64,000 nucleotides of DNA from a virus: positions 22,879 through 86,878 of the IMG/VR virus record IMGVR_UViG_3300046048_000257; one strand, 5' to 3'. A program made the translations under genes and the position numbers. Shown here piece after piece: positions 38,987 to 48,383 of this stretch (positions are counted from its first letter, which is position 1; every line of letters starts with the position of its first letter). The notes under the pieces are model-generated. The model had not been told where the DNA came from, searched no databases, and saw only the letters and a program-made list of their open reading frames with translations.

Positions 38987-41290
38987 ATGGCCATAGCCAC
39001 TCCATTAAATTGTACCACGTATGCAAAAGACAGCACAGGTGAGGCGCTGCCCTCACAGGCTGCTGCTGCCAGTGATGAGATAATTTTTAGTAACCCTATG
39101 GGTACTAACAATAATGGCAACGTGGTGGGCCCACCTACTGATGGCACGGCCACTTATGTGGGCAGGCTGGTGCACTTAGATAAGGGCGGTGCTAAGGACC
39201 AAGTGCGGTATATAACAGCTCAAAGCGGGACTGGGCCTGTAACCTGCACAGTTAATGAGCCGTGGGATAGCCAGCCCGCCTCAGGTGATGCTTACGGTAT
39301 TCCATATGTAACTACGGATATGGATAGCAAGGGCAACAGCTTTAAGGAACTGCTTAAGCGGGTAACTGACTGGGCCGCTGCTGCTGTAATTGAAGTAAGC
39401 AGCGGTGGAGGCTTTGCACTGCTGGATGGGCACAGTATTGAAACTGTGGATAATAGCAGTACCACTAATGCAGATATAGTGGTGTATAGCGGCGGCAGTT
39501 TATATGTGGGGTATTTATCAGGTGGTAAGCCCGTAAGTGGTGGGTATATTGTGCCCACACCGGCTGTGGATGGTGAGCTGGCTTTTGATATTAAAAGCGG
39601 CGGATATGGGTGGTTATATGACTTTTTTATGAGTGCAGTTAAAAATAACCGCTCATATTTTGCGGGCACAGTTGTGATGCGCCGGGCCAAGCTATTTAAG
39701 TGCTCATATCAAATGAATTTAACCGGCGCACTGGAAATTTACGATAGCATTATACAAGGGCTGGAGGGCGGCAGTGAGCAGGTAACTGTGGATGGCTCCA
39801 CAGATATACAGTCACTGGTTTTAGTAGCCGTGAATGGCTTTGATACTGATAATGATAGCAGCCCGGATACCATTACGCTTAAAAATGTTAGCTTTGTTAA
39901 CATGGCCAAGTTTATCACGGTCTATGATGAAAAATACTGGAAAATAGTAAACCCTGTGTGGACCATAGATGTGGATACGCAGGACCAGATAGACTTCGTG
40001 GTGAGTACACCTAATGGTGAGTATGTGCAGGAGCTGTTTAGCTTTGATACCCTGATAACCACCCCAGCGGGCACGGCCATACAGACCGCCCGTGTGCTCA
40101 TTTATGAGGGCCTGCTGGCTCAGGATGTGCCCCACTATGGCGCCACGGATAGCTTAGGTGAGTACAGTGTGGATATTTTAAAGCGGGAGTTTACTAACCC
40201 GGATGAGCAGACCACCACGACCACTACCAGCGCAGGCGGGCCCGGTATTGTGCCCACAGTCCGGGGTGATTTTGCGCTGCATATTTATAAACATGGGTAC
40301 ACACCCTTTATCGGCGCCCTTGCAGTAAGTGAGGCCATAGACCAGCCCATAGGGCTCAGCGTGGATAATGCAGTGGCTGAAACTAACCAAGCCACGGCAC
40401 TGGCTGCGGGCTCCGGCATTACAATAGAAAAACATGGCACAGGTGAAACTGATACCCGCCCCATGAAAGTGCTTAACTATGATGGCGGTACGGGCTCTGT
40501 GCCCAGTGTAGGTGAAACGATTACGCAGGCCACCTCCGGGGCCTCCGGTACCGTGGTGGAATATTTAGGGACCGCCACGGAGGGTACGCTTGTGCTGGAT
40601 GGCTGGAACGGTACAGAGTTTGTAAATGACTTAGCCCTGAGCGGCGGAGTTTCCAGCTTTGCAGCATATGCGCACCTGAGTGGTACAGGCAGCTTTTATG
40701 ATGAGTACACATGGGAAATTAACTGCAACAGCCTGAGCCTCCAGACCGTTTATGATTATTTAGCAGCCTTTATGGCCAGCAGCCCGGCCACGTACAGCCA
40801 GATACTGGATATAGTGGCGTGGGGTGAGGATGAGCAGAGCCAGATGCTTTACAGCGGTACCTCTGGATATTATACAGCCCGTAATGTAAACCTCACAGAG
40901 GGTGTGTGGCTGCGTAACAGAGGCAGTGGGACTGTGGCATATTTTACAGCGGATGATGGCACCCAGTATTACCCGGCTGTGCAGTACACGCATAAGCTAA
41001 CTGGCGTGAGGCCGGGCACAGAGGTGACTTACATGCAGGGCGCCTCTGAGGTATTCCATGTGGAAAACGTAACCGCCTCCGGTGAAACTAATTTTACTTA
41101 TGTGTATGCGGGTGACATAACCGTGGATATTTTAATACACCATGAGTGCTATGAGTTTATAGCTATTGAAAATGTGCTGATAACTAACCAAAATGCTGAG
41201 ATACCAATACAGCAGCGTAAGGATAAAAACGTAACATACTTAGGGCGGTGCACCACTACCAGCACCACCAGTACGACCACTACCACGTAA
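38987..41290 (+). CDS. Large virion protein (beta-helix-like region) with internal and C-terminal Thr tags
   Basis: W...PASGD.Y; LTGVRPGTEV...IPIQQRKD; tracts TTTTTTS and TTTSTTSTTTTT. Confidence 0.7.
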   Translation: MAIATPLNCTTYAKDSTGEALPSQAAAASDEIIFSNPMGTNNNGNVVGPPTDGTATYVGRLVHLDKGGAKDQVRYITAQSGTGPVTCTVNEPWDSQPASGDAYGIPYVTTDMDSKGNSFKELLKRVTDWAAAAVIEVSSGGGFALLDGHSIETVDNSSTTNADIVVYSGGSLYVGYLSGGKPVSGGYIVPTPAVDGELAFDIKSGGYGWLYDFFMSAVKNNRSYFAGTVVMRRAKLFKCSYQMNLTGALEIYDSIIQGLEGGSEQVTVDGSTDIQSLVLVAVNGFDTDNDSSPDTITLKNVSFVNMAKFITVYDEKYWKIVNPVWTIDVDTQDQIDFVVSTPNGEYVQELFSFDTLITTPAGTAIQTARVLIYEGLLAQDVPHYGATDSLGEYSVDILKREFTNPDEQTTTTTTSAGGPGIVPTVRGDFALHIYKHGYTPFIGALAVSEAIDQPIGLSVDNAVAETNQATALAAGSGITIEKHGTGETDTRPMKVLNYDGGTGSVPSVGETITQATSGASGTVVEYLGTATEGTLVLDGWNGTEFVNDLALSGGVSSFAAYAHLSGTGSFYDEYTWEINCNSLSLQTVYDYLAAFMASSPATYSQILDIVAWGEDEQSQMLYSGTSGYYTARNVNLTEGVWLRNRGSGTVAYFTADDGTQYYPAVQYTHKLTGVRPGTEVTYMQGASEVFHVENVTASGETNFTYVYAGDITVDILIHHECYEFIAIENVLITNQNAEIPIQQRKDKNVTYLGRCTTTSTTSTTTTT

Positions 41291-41377
41291 GTGCGGCGTG
41301 CGCACTTAGTACCCGGCTGGGCACACAGGGGTGCCAGTGGGGAGGTAAAAATTAAAAACCCATAAGGAGGTAATGAC

Positions 41378-43267
41378 ATGGCTAAGATAGTTGACCCTGA
41401 TTTTTTGAGTTTGGATGTGGATGGCACGCCCACGACTGAGGAGGTGGCAATAGTAACCGCCGCTAAAACCATAGAGCTTAGGGTAGCTGGTAGCTTAAGT
41501 GATGCCAGCCCCGGCAGTGGCTCTGGCGTGACAAAGCAGTGCCTGTACTCTTTTCTTAAGGAGGAGTGGAAAAGTAACAGCGTACTTAATAAATTTAAGT
41601 TTCCGATTAAAGCCATTTATGAGGCTAAATTTATTATGCAGTATGGCTGGAGCTTTGCTAATGCGCAGACCCGTGACCTCATTAGGGATGCAGGCTGGCA
41701 GGAAATAGATGGCTCTGAGTATGCGTGTATCATTTCACTGGGTAGCCAGTATGATGATACGCAGCAGGCCAATTATCAGCAGGTGGCGGGCTTTGACCAG
41801 AACGTGACCAATTTTGATAAAACGGGCCCACTGGATGAGCCCATACAGATTTATGATGGCGGCAGTAATGATTACCGGGACTTTTTAAAAGTGTTTTTGC
41901 GCATGTGGCAGCGCACGTACAGTGATTACAACCTGCTCACAGAGCAGGGGTACAGTGCGCTTACTTACATAGCGTACAGGCTGCCTTTATCTAATGCCGA
42001 TGATATTAAAAATACCGGCACCACTGAGGCGTATATAGATACTGCTGTGGACCCTTATCAGGATATGGAGCTGCAATATTATACGGGCCAACTTTTTGAA
42101 ACCGCCGCAGCTCAGAGCTATGTGGCAGATGATGTGGTGCAGGATGGTGCAGGCCGGTGGGCACGGTGTACCAGCCCCGGTACGGTGGTGAGTCCGGGTG
42201 GTGCGTGGGCCTCTTTTGGCGGGACTTCCTCATGGGAGGCATACCCCGGTGAGCGCCAGATAGGTGCTAATTACTATGCGTTTAACCGGGCAGTGCAGTA
42301 TAACGGTGTGGCCACGGAGCCGGATGACTCTGAGATTTATAAATTCTGCCAGCAGCGCCTCCGTAAATCCTCTAACATAAATGATGACCCGGAAACGGAT
42401 GGCTATGGCACTGTTAACGGTGAGGTGGCCGTGCGGCTGTGCTACTATGTGGGTGATACGCTGCACAGCTGGCCGGGTGTATGTTTTGATAATTTTAATA
42501 GCAATATCACTAATGACATAGTGCTGCATGATATTACCGTGGATGGCGGCGGGCTGGATAGTGAGGATGTGCCCGTAACCAGCGGCGACCAGACTTACCC
42601 TTTTGTGGCCGCAGGCACTATGGTGTTTAGCTCTAATTTAGTTAATGAAACTAACGCTGATACTCTGTACCGCATGTATTTTAGAAATGTGCGCAGCCAG
42701 AGTGGTAATGATGTGAGTATCAGCGGGGCCTCCGGGGCCGCTGCTACCATAAACAGCACGGCGCTGGTGGACTTTAGTAACCTAACCACAAATGACCATT
42801 TTTATGTAAGTGGTTTTTTAGCTAACCCGGCTAACAATGGGCTTAAAAAGGCCACTGCCCCCGGAGCGGCCACCAGCATAGCTTATACAGATACGCTGGG
42901 CCGCACGCAGGTAAATGAGTCCGCTGGTGATACGGTAACTGTGGAGGAAAAACCCTTTGACTCTGTGGATGCCATAGTGGTTAATGATAATGGGAGCAGC
43001 CCAATACAGGGGCAGATTACCCAGCAAAATATTAGTTTTGATTTTGACTATGACAATAACGTGCAAGGTGGGCGGGACTCTGGTGAGGATGCCCCGGTGG
43101 TAATAGTGGCGCAGGGCCTTAATGATAGTGAGTGGGTATTCGCAGAGTTTACCATTACGGCTAACACGGGGCTCAGCTTTCCGATTAACGCCCCGGATGA
43201 GCGTACTTACCTTAATCCGGCTGGCGGACCTACCACCACCAGCTCTACCACCACAACAGCACCTTAA
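41378..43267 (+). CDS. Virion structural protein with Thr/Ser tag
   Basis: MAKIVDPD, LYSFLKEEWK...KFKFP, RDAGW; ends TTTSSTTTTAP. Confidence 0.7.
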   Translation: MAKIVDPDFLSLDVDGTPTTEEVAIVTAAKTIELRVAGSLSDASPGSGSGVTKQCLYSFLKEEWKSNSVLNKFKFPIKAIYEAKFIMQYGWSFANAQTRDLIRDAGWQEIDGSEYACIISLGSQYDDTQQANYQQVAGFDQNVTNFDKTGPLDEPIQIYDGGSNDYRDFLKVFLRMWQRTYSDYNLLTEQGYSALTYIAYRLPLSNADDIKNTGTTEAYIDTAVDPYQDMELQYYTGQLFETAAAQSYVADDVVQDGAGRWARCTSPGTVVSPGGAWASFGGTSSWEAYPGERQIGANYYAFNRAVQYNGVATEPDDSEIYKFCQQRLRKSSNINDDPETDGYGTVNGEVAVRLCYYVGDTLHSWPGVCFDNFNSNITNDIVLHDITVDGGGLDSEDVPVTSGDQTYPFVAAGTMVFSSNLVNETNADTLYRMYFRNVRSQSGNDVSISGASGAAATINSTALVDFSNLTTNDHFYVSGFLANPANNGLKKATAPGAATSIAYTDTLGRTQVNESAGDTVTVEEKPFDSVDAIVVNDNGSSPIQGQITQQNISFDFDYDNNVQGGRDSGEDAPVVIVAQGLNDSEWVFAEFTITANTGLSFPINAPDERTYLNPAGGPTTTSSTTTTAP

Positions 43268-43282
43268 TAAAGGGAGGGTGAT

Positions 43283-43696
43283 ATGGCTAAGCAAAAAAAG
43301 GCGCCAGATGGCAACATGCGCCGGTATAAGGGTGACCTGCTGGCCGGGCAGGATTACCCGGAGGGCCTGCGCAAGCGTATGAACCTAAGGCGGGCCCGGT
43401 ACTGGTGTAACCGTTTTAGGCAGGAGCAGCTGGAGGGCATACCCGCTGAGGGGGCCCCGGAGGGCTTTAAAACTTTTGTGGAGGCGCTGCCTAATTTTGG
43501 CGGGTGGCACCTTTTTGCAGATAGCTGGGACCTCCGTGGGGGTAACCCGTTTATGGTGGTGTACCGCCTCCAGAGTGTGTGGGATGAGTGGGATAGTGTT
43601 ATGCGCCGGGTATCCATACCGCTGGACTTAGATGCCAAGGCACGCCACATGCGGATGAAAGCACTGGAGGAGGCTTACCAGAAAAATAACCAGTAA
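43283..43696 (+). CDS. Hypothetical protein
   Basis: GGAGG RBS. Confidence 0.6.
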   Translation: MAKQKKAPDGNMRRYKGDLLAGQDYPEGLRKRMNLRRARYWCNRFRQEQLEGIPAEGAPEGFKTFVEALPNFGGWHLFADSWDLRGGNPFMVVYRLQSVWDEWDSVMRRVSIPLDLDAKARHMRMKALEEAYQKNNQ

Positions 43697-43708
43697 AGGT
43701 GGGCACAG

Positions 43709-44518
43709 ATGGCTGCACATTTAGATTATGATGTAAATAACCGTGTGATGTACGTGACCAGTGCCCCGATGGCTGGAGCGCTGGCTTTGGATGTGCGCCG
43801 TGATATTTATAGTGCTGTTAAAAAGGACTGGCTTAATAATGGAGCCCTTAATAAATTTAAGTTTCCGTTTAGGACCTCCGGTGGTGATACTGTTATACCC
43901 GGCCAGCAGTACATAGGTAATTATGTGTTTTTACAGTATGGCTGGCAGATGAGGCCTTATGAGGCAGACCATGCGCTGTATCTGGTTAACGGGTATCTGC
44001 TGGTGGATGGAGGTGGTGAGCCATGGCTGCCCACAGTGGGTGAGTACACAGTAAATATACGGGATACAGTGCCTGCGGATGCCATAGTGCTGGAAACTGG
44101 AGTAAGTGGGCTCACTGAGTCCGAAAGTGCAGCGCTTATAAGTATTGAGGCGGACCAGACTGTGATACAGGCTGATATAGCCACCATTAAAGGTAACGTG
44201 GCCAGCATACAGGTGGATATAGCCGCCGTGGTGGCCACACAGGCCAGTATAGAGGCGGAGCTAATTAGAGCACTGGGGCTAATGCAAGAAAATTACCAGA
44301 TGGACCAGTGCACCTATGTGGATTACCAAGGCCAGAAACTTTTAACCAGTGCCCGGATACGGTTATATGATACACGGAATAAGGCCCAGTGGAATCAGGG
44401 CCATTTATCAGCGGAGTATCAGGTATATGCTAACTGGAGCGGGCAGGAACTGGTAACATATCAGGTAAGCCGGGTAACTTTAACCACCACCAGCACCACC
44501 AGCACCACGACCAGCTGA
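43709..44518 (+). CDS. Virion protein (N-terminus paralogous to 41378-43267; coiled coil) with Thr/Ser tag
   Basis: IYSAVKKDW...LNKFKFP...QYGW shared with the upstream gene; RALGLMQEN; ends TTTSTTSTTTS. Confidence 0.7.
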   Translation: MAAHLDYDVNNRVMYVTSAPMAGALALDVRRDIYSAVKKDWLNNGALNKFKFPFRTSGGDTVIPGQQYIGNYVFLQYGWQMRPYEADHALYLVNGYLLVDGGGEPWLPTVGEYTVNIRDTVPADAIVLETGVSGLTESESAALISIEADQTVIQADIATIKGNVASIQVDIAAVVATQASIEAELIRALGLMQENYQMDQCTYVDYQGQKLLTSARIRLYDTRNKAQWNQGHLSAEYQVYANWSGQELVTYQVSRVTLTTTSTTSTTTS

Positions 44519-44529
44519 GGACTGAGCCC

Positions 44530-44706
44530 ATGGGTGATGCACTGAGCATGAGCACAAAGGGGCGCCCTTTTGGCCCTGAAAGCAAAGCCAGCCAAGGGTA
44601 TTTATTTAAGCGGGGTATATTTCAAATATACGCAGCAGTAAAAGCCAAGTGGGTATTTAAGCGTGAGCGGGTGCTGCGTGTATTTAAGCGGGAGCGTGAG
44701 CAGTAA
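44530..44706 (+). CDS. 58-aa peptide with VFKRE repeats
   Basis: Not in the track; MGDALSMSTKG...WVFKRERVLRVFKREREQ; TAATG-coupled to the next gene. Confidence 0.6.
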   Translation: MGDALSMSTKGRPFGPESKASQGYLFKRGIFQIYAAVKAKWVFKRERVLRVFKREREQ

Positions 44707-44942
44707 TGGCTACCACGACCACGACCACCACAGCACAGGGTACCACCAGCACCACGACCACTGCGCTGGATATAAGCGGGATAACCCCGCACAAAGTATT
44801 TAAGCGTGAGCCCGCCATACACGTGTTTAAGCGTGAGGCTGTACCACGGGTATTTAGGCGTGAGCCTGTGGAGCGTGTGTTTAACCGTGAGCGGGTACTG
44901 CGCATATTTAAACGGGAGGCACAGCATGGCACTCAATACTAA
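44706..44942 (+). CDS. 78-aa peptide with N-terminal Thr tag and five 9-aa VFKRE repeats
   Basis: MATTTTTTTAQGTTSTTTT...VFKRE/VFRRE/VFNRE/IFKRE. Confidence 0.65.
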   Translation: MATTTTTTTAQGTTSTTTTALDISGITPHKVFKREPAIHVFKREAVPRVFRREPVERVFNRERVLRIFKREAQHGTQY

Positions 44943-45354
44943 TCAGATTAAGCCGGGTAAATTGAAAAAACAGCCGTGGGAGGAGTGGGTAATAGCTGCG
45001 GACTTTTCAGATAACATGGATATAGCTGGAGGTGAGGACCTTGACCTGCCCAGCTGCTCCATAGAGGCCGTGGATGCGCAGGGTAATGATGCCACGGAAA
45101 ATGGCACTCTTAATGCAGCTGCGCAGATAGTACAAGTAAGCACTATGGCTAAGGGCACGGGCAGTGAAAAGGGGTACCTTAAGGTACTGATGCGGGCCGG
45201 ACTTGAAAATGAGGTGGTGGGTGAGGGTGAGGAGCAGACTACTGAGGACCGCAGCCCATACACAATAACTTTTAAGGGAGTAACTACTGCCCCGGAAAAA
45301 TGGGAAAAGGATGTAATAGTCACGGTACGTAATTTAACCGGGCAGAGGGCATGA
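44926..45354 (+). CDS. Fibre-tail adaptor-like protein
   Basis: KKQPWEEWVIAADFS N-terminal motif; Ig-like beta pattern. Confidence 0.6.
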   Translation: MALNTNQIKPGKLKKQPWEEWVIAADFSDNMDIAGGEDLDLPSCSIEAVDAQGNDATENGTLNAAAQIVQVSTMAKGTGSEKGYLKVLMRAGLENEVVGEGEEQTTEDRSPYTITFKGVTTAPEKWEKDVIVTVRNLTGQRA

Positions 45355-45355
45355 A

Positions 45356-45598
45356 ATGCCAGATAATAATATTGATACTAACGGATGGCCACAGTGGAGT
45401 AGATATGTGCTCACTTCTATTAAGGAAATAAAAGAGCTACGGGATGTTGTAAACCAGTTTAGGGTGGAGCTGGCTGTGCTTAGGATAAAGGTGGCGTTTT
45501 GGGGTGCTGTGGGAGCTATACTGGGCACTACTTTGGGCACACTTGTAATACAGATTATATTACACGTTATAAAGGATAAGGTGGGAGGTATGCCATGA
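45356..45598 (+). CDS. Small membrane protein (holin/XhlA-like)
   Basis: NGWPQW..YVL, short coiled coil, C-terminal TM helix. Confidence 0.6.
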   Translation: MPDNNIDTNGWPQWSRYVLTSIKEIKELRDVVNQFRVELAVLRIKVAFWGAVGAILGTTLGTLVIQIILHVIKDKVGGMP

Positions 45599-46722
45599 TA
45601 CATGACTTTTTACGCACTTACTATGCCCGCAGTGACCGGGCTTTTTTGTGCGGATTAATACAGACCATAGGCATATCCGTTTCGATTTTTATATGCTTTA
45701 AGTTAGCAGACTGGTTTATAGCAGCACCACTACATGAGCATACTCATTTTGGATTACTGTGCTCATTAACATGGGTGGGCTGGATAGTGCAGTTTTTTGC
45801 TTTTATAGGAGCAGGGCTTACTGTGTTTTTTATACGCCAGTGGCGCATAGCCATAGCACACCCGCATGAGGTAAATTTAGAGGAGTGGGCAGCACTAACC
45901 AAGGCCCTCCAGCAGCGGGATGAGGAGCTGCAAATAGAGCGGCGCCGCTTTAAGCAGGTAGTGGATATGCAGATGGAGTACGTTAATAAGCATGACCCGG
46001 ATGGCACACTTACTTTTATAAATAAAGCACTGTATGAAATTATGGGATACGATAGCTGGGAGGCTTTAGAGGGCCGCAGTATATATGAATTTTTAGAGGA
46101 GGCGGATGCTGAGCGCCTGCGCATACTGCATGGGCGTTTAACACCCGATAACCCCCGTGCATATGCCACGCAGCGCATAGAGGTGGCCGGAGGTAGGCTG
46201 CGCTGGGTGGAGTGGCAAAACTGTGGCATATTTAACCCGGATGGTAGCTTGCATAAAGTGCTGGCTGTGGGCCGGGATATTACAGAGCGGTACGCTCTGG
46301 AGTCACAGCTGCTGGCCAGTGAGGACCGGTACCGGCGCCTATTTAGGCACATGATTGCAGGCTTTGCGGTGCACAGTATAGTGTGCAGACTTGACCCGAA
46401 CACAGGCCGTGAGGCGCCCTGTGATTATATTTTTTTAGAGGTAAACCCAGCTTTTGAGCGCATGTTTAATCTTACTGGCCGGGATATTGTGGGCCGGACT
46501 GTGCTGGAGGTGATGCCTAACACTGAGCCCAGTTTAATTGAGCGCTTTGGTAGAGTAGCTACCACAGGCCAGCCTGATAATTTTAGATGTAGGTTTAAGG
46601 ATATAAATAAATGGTTTGAGGTGACCGCTTTTAGTAACCAGCCCACGCAATTTGCGGCCACTTTTTTGGATGTTACCAGTGAGTGTGACCGTGCTGGTAA
46701 GCGTGAGCGTAAAACAGATTAA
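45595..46722 (+). CDS. Membrane sensor with two PAS domains and no output domain
   Basis: 2 TM helices; DGTLTFINKA, GRDITER, SEDRYRRLF, DYIFLEVNPAFE, FLDVT; no HisKA or GGDEF. Confidence 0.85.
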   Translation: MIHDFLRTYYARSDRAFLCGLIQTIGISVSIFICFKLADWFIAAPLHEHTHFGLLCSLTWVGWIVQFFAFIGAGLTVFFIRQWRIAIAHPHEVNLEEWAALTKALQQRDEELQIERRRFKQVVDMQMEYVNKHDPDGTLTFINKALYEIMGYDSWEALEGRSIYEFLEEADAERLRILHGRLTPDNPRAYATQRIEVAGGRLRWVEWQNCGIFNPDGSLHKVLAVGRDITERYALESQLLASEDRYRRLFRHMIAGFAVHSIVCRLDPNTGREAPCDYIFLEVNPAFERMFNLTGRDIVGRTVLEVMPNTEPSLIERFGRVATTGQPDNFRCRFKDINKWFEVTAFSNQPTQFAATFLDVTSECDRAGKRERKTD

Positions 46723-46732
46723 GGAGGCTATC

Positions 46733-47269
46733 ATGGACTTTAGTAAGGACAGCTGGATAAGGGCACTGGCAGGCGCCGTGGGCGTGGGTATAATGATAGT
46801 GTATATACTTATGGGATGTGCTCAGATGGGTGTGCAGGTGCAGGGCCCTAACCCTTTTGAGCCAGACCCTAAGTGTACCATTTATCAGGATATGGGTATA
46901 GACCCGGCCACCAGCACTGGGGTGATACCGCAGTACATTATAAACCCATGTGCTGCCCAAAACATTATAGTGGCCGTGGCCCGCTCAGGTGCGGTATTAG
47001 AGGCGTATCAAGTGGAGGATGTGCGGGCTTTTGTGGAGCAGGCCAAGGCATACATTACGGTAGGTAAGGACTTTGGTGGAGTTAAGCTGTGGGTGGGCGC
47101 ACAAATAGGTAAATTAAATAAAAAGTTTGGGCTGATGTTTTTCACTATCAGTGACCTGTTTATAGTGCTACCTGATACCGCACTGCTCCAGCCGGATGAT
47201 GTAACCTTAACCCACGCCAGCTTAGATGATATGCTAAAACACGTGGAGGAAATAGCCGGGCTGCTGTGA
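46733..47269 (+). CDS. Putative lipoprotein
   Basis: Hydrophobic signal ending in LMGC lipobox. Confidence 0.6.
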   Translation: MDFSKDSWIRALAGAVGVGIMIVYILMGCAQMGVQVQGPNPFEPDPKCTIYQDMGIDPATSTGVIPQYIINPCAAQNIIVAVARSGAVLEAYQVEDVRAFVEQAKAYITVGKDFGGVKLWVGAQIGKLNKKFGLMFFTISDLFIVLPDTALLQPDDVTLTHASLDDMLKHVEEIAGLL

Positions 47270-47480
47270 GCCCCCTATATATAAGGTGTAAATTTAGTGG
47301 GCACACTTAATGGGCCCAGTGGCAGATTTTTAAAAAATTAGCGTTTAACCTGCGGCCTCTGAGGGCCCTTAAAAACGATTTTTAAAAACCTAATGCACTG
47401 GGCCCACTTTTTTGCAAAGTGCCCGTAAAACGCAAATAAAGTGGGCCCACGTTGATTTTGATTTTTGCTTAAATTTAGCC

Positions 47481-47517
47481 GTAACTGGGTGTAACTGCCC
47501 GTAACCGCCCATAACTG
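47481..47517. repeat. Four 10-bp-phased RTAACYG heptamers
   Basis: GTAACTG 47481, GTAACTG 47491, GTAACCG 47501, ATAACTG 47511. Confidence 0.75.
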
Positions 47518-47589
47518 GAAACGGCCTTTGTAAACCCCCGTGGTTAGCGGGTTTACGTTTTTGGTAATGGGCACACTTAGGAGGTAAAT

Positions 47590-47988
47590 ATGGATGATTT
47601 AATGATGCAGATAGCAGAGCCACTGGGCGCCCTGCTGTTGGTAATGGCTAATGCAGCGCTGGCTATGGCGGTAAGATGGATAAACCAGCATACTAAAAAC
47701 CAAAAGGTGCAGCAGGCAGCCACCACGCTTAATGAGGTGGTGACCGCTGAGGTGGCCCGGCTTAATCAGCAGGTGGTGGATGCACTTAAAAATGATGGTA
47801 AATTCGATGATAATGAACGGTACCAGATTAAGCAGACCGCCCTAAACGCCATTACAAAGCAGTTACCTGCTGGCACGCAAAAGGCCGCACAGTATATGGT
47901 GCAGGACTTGGAGGCGTACATAAGCGCACTGATAGAGCGGGCCGTGGCTGCTGCTAAGGGACCCCCTGCCCCTCCAAAGCTGCTCTGA
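47590..47988 (+). CDS. Holin-like protein (LL-H type)
   Basis: One N-terminal TM helix; VDALKNDGKF...IERAV. Confidence 0.65.
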   Translation: MDDLMMQIAEPLGALLLVMANAALAMAVRWINQHTKNQKVQQAATTLNEVVTAEVARLNQQVVDALKNDGKFDDNERYQIKQTALNAITKQLPAGTQKAAQYMVQDLEAYISALIERAVAAAKGPPAPPKLL

Positions 47989-48014
47989 GTGCTGGAGGAT
48001 GAGGACTAAAGGCG

Positions 48015-48050
48015 TGGCCGGGTGTTAGTTTACCCGGCCATTTTTTTTTT
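48015..48050 (+). terminator. Rho-independent terminator ending the late operon
   Basis: TGGCCGGGT/ACCCGGCCA stem plus T10. Confidence 0.9.
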
Positions 48051-48241
48051 GCTTGACATACCCCGTGTGGACCATGGTAAGGTCCGTATGTTTGCGGGGT
48101 GTTACATAATGTGCCCAGTTTTGGGTAAAAAGGTAAATAATTTTGGGCACAGTTTTACATAGAGTGTGTCCAGTTTTGTCAAAAAGTGGGCACAGTACCC
48201 TCCGCTAACCTATTAAAATCATTACACAAAAAATTACAGAG

Positions 48242-48290
48242 TGACAATTTTCGTCAAAACGCCCAAAAAGTGACATTTTACGTCACTTTT
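48242..48290. promoter_or_regulatory. Paired palindromic TGAC-N7-GTCA sites (candidate enhancer/UAS)
   Basis: TGAC AATTTTC GTCA (48242-48256) and AAAAGTGAC ATTTTAC GTCACTTTT (48266-48290). Confidence 0.65.
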
Positions 48291-48318
48291 CCACCCTACG
48301 TTAAAATTTAGAGGTGTG

Positions 48319-48331
48319 TAACTATATGATT
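48319..48331 (-). promoter_or_regulatory. IHF-like binding site
   Basis: Reverse strand AATCATATAGTTA, one mismatch to WATCARNNNNTTR; lies between the UAS and the promoter. Confidence 0.55.
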
Positions 48332-48366
48332 TTACAGCAAATAAAAAATCGTATAGTGGGCTCATT

Positions 48367-48383
48367 TTGGCACGTAACTTGCT
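48367..48383 (+). promoter_or_regulatory. Sigma-54 (-24/-12) promoter
   Basis: TTGGCACG-TAAC-TTGCT, matching TGGCACG-N4-TTGCW. Confidence 0.8.

Noticed and set aside
2291-44765. ACC-rich tracts as DGR template/variable repeats or simple microsatellites
   Set aside because: No reverse transcriptase and no adenine-specific TR/VR pair. Tracts are always in the Thr/Ser frame with mixed synonymous codons.
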